Origin: Syntrophales bacterium
GTDB taxonomy: Bacteria > Desulfobacterota > Syntrophia > Syntrophales > UBA2210
Assembly (NCBI GenBank): GCA_036825195.1
Contig: DAISYQ010000013.1
Span: 4,286-68,285, forward strand
Length of the DNA stretch: 64,000 nt
Reading direction: 5' to 3'
Below, in pieces: positions 56,843-64,000 of this stretch. Under the pieces are notes generated by a model. It saw only the letters and a list, made by a program, of their open reading frames with translations, ran no database searches and had not been told where the DNA came from. Every line of letters starts with the position of its first letter. Positions within the stretch are counted from its first letter, which is position 1. Both the position numbers and the translations under genes were made by a program.

Positions 56843-57724
56843 TCAAGTATTATGGATATTCTTGAGGAGTGTGTCCGTCACGATCGTCATTTTCTGTGTC
56901 GGATAGCCGAACTCAACAAGGAGTTCACCTTCCGCAAACCCGAACTCCTGAAGAGAATTCCGGTATCCGGTGTCCGCCTTGTCTCCTTCGCGATAAGTTG
57001 TGATGCTCATCTTATTGTGTGAAATCAGCTCGTTCATTGCCTTAACAAACAGTGCATTCGCTATGTTCCGGTTGCGATAGAGCGGATGTACTCCTAAAAA
57101 ATCAATGTTTCCCGCTTCGCGGGAAATCATCATGATGCCAACCGTGACACCGCTGTCATTCATAATAAACGCTCGATTTTGCGCTATGTACCGTTTCAGT
57201 GTTTCTATGTGCTCATTTTCGTTTAAGCACGGGAACCCGTCGATAACGAGTTGCACCAAGCGCATCCATTCCGGAATGTTCTCCTCGCGGGCGAGAGTTA
57301 TTGTTTGTTTTGAGTGCCGTTTTTCTGGATTTTTTCTAACCATTGCCTCTTCGAATTTGAAAGGCATCTGAAGGGGGTAGAATTCCTTGTGATCACGGAA
57401 CCTTTTGGGTGGGAGTTTGTACATCGATTTAAAAATCGACGAAAAGGCCTGTTGACTGTCGTAACCGGCCTGTAAGGCAATATCGACGATCGGAGTATTC
57501 GTGAAAACGAGCAATCGTGCCGCTTCAGTAAGCTGCCTCCGTCGGATATACGTGTGTATTGGAATTCCGACCGTTTTTGTAAACATGTGATGAATATGAT
57601 AGAGCGAATAACCAAGCTTACCCGCAATCGTCCCAAGTGTAAGAGGTTCGTCAAGATGGGCTTCGATATGGTCGATTGTCGCGACAATGTTTTCTATGTT
57701 TCTCATAGTACTATCCTTTGTCAC
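56843..57724 (-). CDS. AraC-family HTH regulator fused to GNAT domain
   Basis: N-terminal LTLGTIAGKLGYS..H..H.F....G...H.Y....R...A..LL HTH pair. C-terminal LGVHPLYRNRNIANALF GNAT motif. Confidence 0.8.
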   Translation of the reverse strand: MTKDSTMRNIENIVATIDHIEAHLDEPLTLGTIAGKLGYSLYHIHHMFTKTVGIPIHTYIRRRQLTEAARLLVFTNTPIVDIALQAGYDSQQAFSSIFKSMYKLPPKRFRDHKEFYPLQMPFKFEEAMVRKNPEKRHSKQTITLAREENIPEWMRLVQLVIDGFPCLNENEHIETLKRYIAQNRAFIMNDSGVTVGIMMISREAGNIDFLGVHPLYRNRNIANALFVKAMNELISHNKMSITTYREGDKADTGYRNSLQEFGFAEGELLVEFGYPTQKMTIVTDTLLKNIHNT

Positions 57725-57839
57725 AAAGATATATCAGGCATTGTGACGAGCGTCTTCATCATTCTTGCGCTTTTGGATAAGTTTCTTACAGAAAAAGTCA
57801 GACAGAGGGTAGACAAAAGGAATCAAGTTTCCTTTTGGT

Positions 57840-58409
57840 TCATTCGGTCCATACTACTTTGTCTTCTAATTCAGTTCTCGGCCTTTTGGGGATTTTCTTT
57901 TGCTTTCCACTCCCGAACGCCACACCGGCCACTAATTCATCATTCGTTTTTAAAAGTTTATTTATCTCGTCTTCTGCGTATAAGATATCGCATATCCACA
58001 GCGTCTGGACATCTTTGCCGTGGGCTGCAAGGATCATGTTCTGGATACAGGCTCCGATGGACAGCATGTCGGCCTTCCATCGGTTTTTGGTATAATCCGG
58101 TTCTCTGCCTGAATACGGGTTATATACCAGAAGGAATTCGGAGCACTCCTCGATGGATGTTATACTGATCAGAAGACTGCCGAAATTCTTTGATTCGGCC
58201 TTCATCTCTTTTATCTTTTTTTTCAACACCCCGATAATCAGATTCTTGTATTCCGGCCCGCAGGCGACAAAACGCCAGGGCTGTCGGTTTTTGGGAGAAG
58301 GGGCCCATAGCCCCGATTCAAGGATTTCTTGCATATCGGTCGGAGGGATCTCCCGGCCCGTGAATCGCCTGTGACTTCTTCGTTCGGAAATTGCCTGTCC
58401 TATATTCAT
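57840..58409 (-). CDS. nitroreductase family protein
   Basis: ISERRSHRRF and APSPKNRQPWRF motifs. I chose the internal start at MNIGQAI. Confidence 0.75.
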   Translation of the reverse strand: MNIGQAISERRSHRRFTGREIPPTDMQEILESGLWAPSPKNRQPWRFVACGPEYKNLIIGVLKKKIKEMKAESKNFGSLLISITSIEECSEFLLVYNPYSGREPDYTKNRWKADMLSIGACIQNMILAAHGKDVQTLWICDILYAEDEINKLLKTNDELVAGVAFGSGKQKKIPKRPRTELEDKVVWTE

Positions 58410-58596
58410 TGCTTCGCATAACCTTTGTTGTTTTGGCCTGTTCATATCATAAAACGGCAAATTATGCCCGGATGGATGGTAAGTCAAGAAAAGAGGTATA
58501 CATGGCTCATGGCGCAGACCTGTGACCTTGCAATATGCGTAAGAATGATTAAGTTGAATGGAGCATGGATACTGCGGGAAGGAGACGGAGATTGGC

Positions 58597-59169
58597 ATGC
58601 TGAAGATGATGGTGGTCGGGCCGATTCAGGCCAACTGTTATATACTGGGATGCAAGAAGACTATGGAGGGCATTGTCATCGACCCCGGGGACGAGGCGCT
58701 TCGCATCGCGAAGGTGATAACCGATGCCGGCCTCAGAATCAAATATATTCTCATTACACACGGCCACTCGGATCATACGGGGGCGGCAGGGGAGCTGAAA
58801 AGTATCGTAAAGGCACCGGTATGGATACACAAGCTGGATACTTACGGCCTGGGCTTCCCGCCCGACGGGGAACTCTTTGACGGTCAGGAAATCGAGGTCG
58901 GAACCTATCGGATCAAGGTGATCCATACCCCCGGACATTCTCCCGGCGGCGTGTGTCTGCACGCTCCCGGCGCCGTCTTTACGGGGGATACTCTCTTTTG
59001 CGGCTCCATAGGACGCACCGACCTGTGGGGCGGCGACTACAACCAGCTGATCAGGGGTGTCAGGGAAAAGATATTTCCCCTGGGAGACGACCTGCGGGTC
59101 TATCCCGGGCACGGACCTGCCACCACCATAGGACGGGAGCGGTTGACGAATCCATTCTTCAGACAGTAA
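58597..59169 (+). CDS. MBL-fold hydrolase (glyoxalase II-like)
   Basis: ITHGHSDHTGA, HTPGHSPG and GDTLF motifs. Confidence 0.85.
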   Translation: MLKMMVVGPIQANCYILGCKKTMEGIVIDPGDEALRIAKVITDAGLRIKYILITHGHSDHTGAAGELKSIVKAPVWIHKLDTYGLGFPPDGELFDGQEIEVGTYRIKVIHTPGHSPGGVCLHAPGAVFTGDTLFCGSIGRTDLWGGDYNQLIRGVREKIFPLGDDLRVYPGHGPATTIGRERLTNPFFRQ

Positions 59170-59189
59170 AGGGAAGGGGGACCCTGTTT

Positions 59190-59732
59190 TTAGATACCTT
59201 CCGGAAGTTTGGACGCCATTAATTTTTTTCGATCCAACCTCCGCCCGTCTACTATGAACGTGCCGTCGCCGACGGCGTGCAGGGTCCGCTTCTCTTTGCG
59301 GGATGTGTCAACGTATGCCACGACGGCATCGAGGACGACGATGTTGTGTTCTTTGACGATGTCGACGATTCTGCATTCGATATTGGCGAGGCACTCCCTG
59401 ATCAGCGGTGCCTGGACCGCTTTGCCTTTAACGGGCGTCAGGTTGAACTTCTCGAATTTGTCCGTATCGGCACCGGAGCATGTCCCTATCCCCACGACCG
59501 TATCGAGCATATCGACGGTCGGTATGGCGATAACACATTCCTTCGTTTCACGAAGGGCTGTAAAGGAGTAATTCCACTCCCCGGTGGTGATGGCGAACGT
59601 GGGCGTGAAATCCAACACCATGGTCCATGATATGGTCATGATATTATTCTTCCTGCCGTCATACGTCGTGATGAGGACCACCGGTCCCGGTTCCAGTAAG
59701 GTGAAGGCTTTTTCAATTTGGAATTCGTTCAT
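59190..59732 (-). CDS. flavin reductase family protein
   Basis: PVVLITT....NIMT.SW pattern of the flavin-reductase-like FMN-binding domain. Confidence 0.8.
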   Translation of the reverse strand: MNEFQIEKAFTLLEPGPVVLITTYDGRKNNIMTISWTMVLDFTPTFAITTGEWNYSFTALRETKECVIAIPTVDMLDTVVGIGTCSGADTDKFEKFNLTPVKGKAVQAPLIRECLANIECRIVDIVKEHNIVVLDAVVAYVDTSRKEKRTLHAVGDGTFIVDGRRLDRKKLMASKLPEGI

Positions 59733-59816
59733 AAGGTGACATCCCTATAAATATAGGTAAGTTAGAAACAGTACGCTGTTACTATTCCCCGCTTGGTAAT
59801 GACTGGCTAGGTTTTT

Positions 59817-60560
59817 CTATCGTTTTCCTTTGAGATAATCGTCAATATCTTTTCTTAAAACCTCAGTGGAGGGATTAAGCCAACCAAATCGTTCAAAAAA
59901 CCATACTACAACATCAAGCGAATACTGAGCGCTGTTTGCTATAAGAGCCCCACTATCAATAGCCCAAGTTTTCCCAAGAGAATCTTCGTTAGCAGCATAG
60001 TATGCGGACCAAGCCCGATTCCAGTCAGTTGTCAGTACAAAACCTTTGATTTTATTCAGTTGAATACTTATATTTACTTCCCCTTTATATACCTCTGCTT
60101 GGCATAATCTTGCTGCAAACTCAATTATCTCAGTTGCACAGAAAATGAAGTTCATTATAGATATGAATCCTGGGACTTCGTCCCAATTAATGTGGCCAAT
60201 ATGGGACAGATGAACAGCGGTTTGTTGCTGTAATTTTTCTCTCCATCTCTCTTCAGTAGCTTCTCTGACGCTGGACAAATGGAGGAACTGTGTGCTTTGA
60301 TAAAATCTCCAATACTCGAGATGGCTCATGAAACTCGACCATGAAGCAACCCATTTAGCGCCATGACCTCTCTCTTCATCACGGTTGCTTAGATGTGGAA
60401 AGTCCCACCCTCGTAGCCGAACTCTATTCTTCTCGACAATTTGAAAGCACTCACTCAATGTAGGGATGGCTTCCTCTGAATAGTTCTCCGGGCGAAAATT
60501 GACTCGCCAGTGAGGGTAGGCCAAAACATTGACAGGAAGTTCGGTTTGGGGAGTCGTCAT
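59817..60560 (-). CDS. hypothetical protein, partner of the AlbA_2-like gene
   Basis: The ATG overlaps the upstream stop (ATGA). 247 aa with no family recognised. Lower G+C than the flanks by eye. Confidence 0.6.
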   Translation of the reverse strand: MTTPQTELPVNVLAYPHWRVNFRPENYSEEAIPTLSECFQIVEKNRVRLRGWDFPHLSNRDEERGHGAKWVASWSSFMSHLEYWRFYQSTQFLHLSSVREATEERWREKLQQQTAVHLSHIGHINWDEVPGFISIMNFIFCATEIIEFAARLCQAEVYKGEVNISIQLNKIKGFVLTTDWNRAWSAYYAANEDSLGKTWAIDSGALIANSAQYSLDVVVWFFERFGWLNPSTEVLRKDIDDYLKGKR

Positions 60561-61189
60561 AATCCCTCCAATTCATCATCAAATGCTTGAGTGCTACTTT
60601 GCGATGGGACGAAACCAATACGACGAGATGTTTCAACCATTCTTCGTGCTCGCTTTTCTGCGGCGAGTTCTAAGAGATCATCTATCTCCTGCGCATTTGT
60701 TACCTTTTTTGTTTGTGGCTTACCAGGTGGTCTAATGTAGACTTCCCCTACACATAACAGGTTTATTTTCTCTGGACCGTTCTTCTTACAGATATAGGGA
60801 GTATTAGCAAATTCAAGTACTTGAAATGCAAGAAACTCTTTTTCGTTCCGATATTTGATGCGTACTATTTCAATCTGCATTGGGGGAGACGAGTATTTGT
60901 TAATCGCATCGATGATATTGTCAATGTCATAAGTGCCCAAATGATCTGGTTCAATACCACTCAACTCCCAGTCGTCATCATTTTCGGAAGCTCCGATGAT
61001 AATGACACCACCGTCACGAAGATTACCCATCGCCATCACAGTCCGAATTAATTGCCACTTGAGGGTATCCCACACAGCTGATTGCTTGAAATCAATTGCT
61101 TGGGATTCTTGACAACGATCGAGTGCGCTATACACTCTGTCGTGCAATTGCTGATATCCAGGCATGTCTGATGTTGGAATTGTGCCCAC
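60557..61189 (-). CDS. AlbA_2 / Schlafen-like putative nucleic-acid-binding domain protein
   Basis: ESQAIDFKQS ... VMAMGNLRDGGVIIIGASEND ... GEVYIRPPG fits the AlbA_2 pattern E...EFK...AfaNt.GG.liiGv...vyiR. GTG start with an AAGGAGA RBS. Confidence 0.7.
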   Translation of the reverse strand: MGTIPTSDMPGYQQLHDRVYSALDRCQESQAIDFKQSAVWDTLKWQLIRTVMAMGNLRDGGVIIIGASENDDDWELSGIEPDHLGTYDIDNIIDAINKYSSPPMQIEIVRIKYRNEKEFLAFQVLEFANTPYICKKNGPEKINLLCVGEVYIRPPGKPQTKKVTNAQEIDDLLELAAEKRARRMVETSRRIGFVPSQSSTQAFDDELEGL

Positions 61190-61372
61190 TATTAACTTCT
61201 CCTTTGCTTGCTAAGGAAGATTAGAGAAACTAGAAGGCATTTCCTGTATTTTTAATACAAAAAATGTCACTCTATAGCAAAATGAGAAAATCCCGCCACG
61301 GTTAGTGAAGCGGGGTATGTTGTCGGATCATAGGGGCCCTCTTTTTTGCTGTCAAAAAGTACAACCCGGTTA

Positions 61373-61487
61373 TGAACTGAACAGCGCGCGCATTTCCCGC
61401 TGCTTGCGGCGGGGTTAGCGAGTGAATAAAAATAAATTTTCCTTAACAGTCAGAGATTCCCCGCAACTTGTTGCGGGGAGCCTCAAT
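61373..61487 (+). repeat. 115-nt double-hairpin element, right copy
   Basis: Direct-orientation copy of 6594-6708 with 9 substitutions and no indels. Stem substitutions keep pairing. Confidence 0.9.
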
Positions 61488-61615
61488 TATGTCTGAAAGA
61501 ATATAACGCTGAGATACTACCCGTGTTATGATATTTGTCAAGGATTTTCACCCGTACCAATCACTCCAAATCGACTTTCATACGTGCGGCCGACACATAT
61601 CAGCATGAAGAGCAT

Positions 61616-62800
61616 CTAATCTTTCGATTGAATAATCTGTATCGCCGATCCCATGAGTCGGAAGGGCTGTATCTTCGATTTGGTCTGGTTGATGGTTCCT
61701 GCCAGGTACAGATCGTAGTCGACTGAATAGTAGAGGAACGAGCCGGAGGAACCTGAGTGGCCCCATAGCGGCGGTATCTTTATTACCATACGTATAAGCC
61801 GGGGAAGCTTGAAGTACATGGTCCCGTACCCGTATTCAAGCGGAAACTGCAATGTGTGCCAGTTGTGCATCAACCGCAGCGTCTCGGGACGGATCAGTTT
61901 CCCCCCATTGAGGGCTTTGAGGAAGGTGATACACTCCTGCGCCGTGGAGATAATGCCGCCATCGGCCCAGTACGATCCGTTCGTGCGGATCTCGGAGATG
62001 TTCCTGTCGCCATAAAACACGTCCGCCGGAGCGGCCGTCGCCTTTGACCGGGGCTGAGAAAGTCCGACCAGCCAGGTATGATCAAGGCTCAGCGGACGGA
62101 AAAAGAACTCTTCGAATACGACATGAAGCGGTTTGCCGGTTATCTTCTCGATGATCTTCCCCAGTAACTGAAAATTGGTGTCCGAATAGGAGGCATCCGT
62201 CCCCGGCGGAAAATTCGGCTTCAGTTTGGTGCGCGCCCACTCGATCGTATCATCGACGGACCACTTTCGCGCCGGGTCTTCCAGGAACATTTCGAAGAGG
62301 CTCTTTCCCCCCTCGGGTTTTTCGATGTAGTAGTCGGCTATCCCCGACGTGTGCGACAGCAGTTGCCGGATGGTAATTTCCCGCGAATAATCCTTTCCCT
62401 TATAGATATGGATACCGTCGATCAAATCATCGGATAGATATTGTGCCATAGGATCATTCAGGGAAAGCTTCCCCTCTTCGTACAGGCGCATGACGGCCGT
62501 GGCGGTAAAGAGCTTGGTGATGCTGGCGGTAGAGAACGGGGTATCCGCGGTCATCGGCACCCCGCCGTCCTGCCGGGCGACACCGGCCGCGCCCGTCCAT
62601 GAAAACGATCCGTCACCCTTCATTACGGAGAGGACGCAGTTGTGTATTGACGTGTCTTCCGCCACGAAATCGGAAACCAGAGAGGCCAACTCGTGATTCG
62701 GGTCACCAAGGGGTGAGGCTGTCCGTCTCGATTCCATTATCTGCAGCACCGCAATGACAAGCAATATCAGCATGCAGACCGCTATGATTATCCGTCTCAT
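61616..62800 (-). CDS. serine hydrolase (beta-lactamase class C / esterase family)
   Basis: N-terminal TM/signal, STASITKLF (SxxK) motif and a YSDTN (YxN) motif. Confidence 0.85.
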   Translation of the reverse strand: MRRIIIAVCMLILLVIAVLQIMESRRTASPLGDPNHELASLVSDFVAEDTSIHNCVLSVMKGDGSFSWTGAAGVARQDGGVPMTADTPFSTASITKLFTATAVMRLYEEGKLSLNDPMAQYLSDDLIDGIHIYKGKDYSREITIRQLLSHTSGIADYYIEKPEGGKSLFEMFLEDPARKWSVDDTIEWARTKLKPNFPPGTDASYSDTNFQLLGKIIEKITGKPLHVVFEEFFFRPLSLDHTWLVGLSQPRSKATAAPADVFYGDRNISEIRTNGSYWADGGIISTAQECITFLKALNGGKLIRPETLRLMHNWHTLQFPLEYGYGTMYFKLPRLIRMVIKIPPLWGHSGSSGSFLYYSVDYDLYLAGTINQTKSKIQPFRLMGSAIQIIQSKD

Positions 62801-63075
62801 CGTTTACATCCCTCTCCGTTCTTACCTGCATACTGTTCCGAAAGCCTCGTATGAGCAATGCAATCATCCCTCAATCCGGTTGCTGCCATTTTCCACCATT
62901 CTTCCTGCTGCATTTTCCCTTTACTGATCAGTTTCGGATAGTAGACATAGATGACGACTCTGAAATGCCATATCAATGCAGTACGTTTGGGCAGTCATAT
63001 GGTTCCGAGAAGAGTATCTCTCGCTCTCGTGAACTTCCGTTGTTGAATAAATTCCGTATGGTTATCCTCTTGTTA

Positions 63076-63750
63076 TTATGAGAAAAACTTCGCGTACACC
63101 GGGTCCCGTGCCCAGGCGCGAATGGCATCCCAGTCACGGAAATCTCCTTCGGGTGTTTTCTTGGACTTCAGGATTTTCTTGTAGATCCAGGAAAGGTTGC
63201 TGTAATCCATCGCTCCGGCGAATGTTCCGATACCGGTGGGCTTTATTTCCGGCACGTCCTTGAGAATTGGGTCCAGGTAGGCCAGTACTTCGGCCCGGTT
63301 CTCTTCCGTCGGCTGAGACAGGGTCATGCACACGAGAAAATAGGCGACCGGCACCCGGCTCAGGATGCCCCGGTTCTTCTTCACGAAATCCGTCGCCTCC
63401 GACATCCATTTGCCCATATAGATGGCGCTACCGATGATCACCCCTTGATATGATTCGATGTTACGCGCGTTCTTGATCAGGGCAACGTCTACGCTCACGC
63501 CTTTGCCGCACAGTTCCTTTCCGATGGCGTCGGCGACTCCTCCCGTGGAGCCGTACTTGCTGGCATAGGCGACCAGTACTCTCTTTTCCATGTTACCTCC
63601 ACACCTTCCTTCGGCGAATGTGATGTCAGCGGCATGGCCGATCCCCGTGCCTGGCACACCTCCGAACGACATTGCGGCAATCAGACCGCCGGACAGAGCC
63701 AGGAAATCCCGGCGGCTGACGTTCCCAAGATCACGTTCATCTATTTTCAT
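63076..63750 (-). CDS. Tat-exported flavodoxin-domain protein
   Basis: SRRDFL twin-arginine signal, then VLVAYASKYGSTGGVA flavodoxin FMN loop. I chose the internal start at MKIDERD. Confidence 0.7.
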   Translation of the reverse strand: MKIDERDLGNVSRRDFLALSGGLIAAMSFGGVPGTGIGHAADITFAEGRCGGNMEKRVLVAYASKYGSTGGVADAIGKELCGKGVSVDVALIKNARNIESYQGVIIGSAIYMGKWMSEATDFVKKNRGILSRVPVAYFLVCMTLSQPTEENRAEVLAYLDPILKDVPEIKPTGIGTFAGAMDYSNLSWIYKKILKSKKTPEGDFRDWDAIRAWARDPVYAKFFS

Positions 63751-63797
63751 GGCCCCCCCTTCCATTCCTCGATCTCCATCCCATTCAACTCCAATGG

Positions 63798-64000
63798 TCA
63801 TGCATTGTTGGGTTGTTTGGGTCTGCGTTTGATTTCCAGGAGCTTTGATATGTCTTCTATCACCTGTTCGCTGTCGATTGCAAGGAGCAGCCATTTCCCG
63901 TCGTGGTATGTCGTGGCCGCGTCATATGCTTTTATGATGTGCTGTGACAGACTGTCCCGTATGACCTCAACCCGTGTCCGCTCTTCCGCACCGAACACGA
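63798..64000 (-). CDS. hypothetical protein, 3' part (may extend beyond window end)
   Basis: The ORF reaches the window edge. No family recognised. Confidence 0.35.
   Translation of the reverse strand, partial: VFGAEERTRVEVIRDSLSQHIIKAYDAATTYHDGKWLLLAIDSEQVIEDISKLLEIKRRPKQPNNA

Noticed and set aside
1-64000. Search for tRNA, rRNA, tmRNA or a tRNA-derived att site at the island borders.
   Set aside because: I saw no cloverleaf-compatible sequence or rRNA-like stretch in any intergenic region by eye. A tRNAscan/Infernal run would be needed to be certain.

Overview
This 64-kb window is gene-dense, with about 75 protein genes and roughly 50% G+C by eye. It looks like part of an anaerobe-type bacterial chromosome: rubrerythrin, three QueG-like Fe-S proteins, three nitroreductase-family genes, radical SAM and a molybdenum-storage-like kinase. 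The taxon cannot be determined from the sequence alone. I recognised no rRNA, tRNA or CRISPR array.

(i) nt 1-6.5 kb is a same-strand array of unrelated small genes: AAA ATPase 3' end, ecotin, GT2, GNAT, ICMT-like methyltransferase, YpeA-like GNAT and a secreted ankyrin protein. The genes are separated by attC-like imperfect palindromes and by two repeat families. One family carries decayed tails of a Y1-type transposase and of an IntI-type tyrosine recombinase. I read this as an integrase-less, partly degenerate integron cassette array.

(ii) nt 6.6-61.5 kb is an accessory, detox-type gene set (GNATs, class I methyltransferases, cupins, hydrolases, efflux and export proteins). It is bracketed by two direct copies of a 115-nt double-hairpin element. 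It contains:
- an IS701-family element;
- a molybdenum-storage-like operon with twin small paralogous proteins;
- an AT-rich DUF4238 gene flanked like a solo integron cassette;
- an overlapping AlbA_2/Schlafen-like plus unknown-partner gene pair.

(iii) nt 61.6-64 kb holds ordinary genes.

The best candidates for undescribed biology are the cassette array with its integrase-remnant repeats, the DUF4238 solo cassette, the AlbA_2 two-gene module, the Mos-like operon and the 115-nt structured repeat. All functional calls rest on motif recognition by eye. No database search was run.
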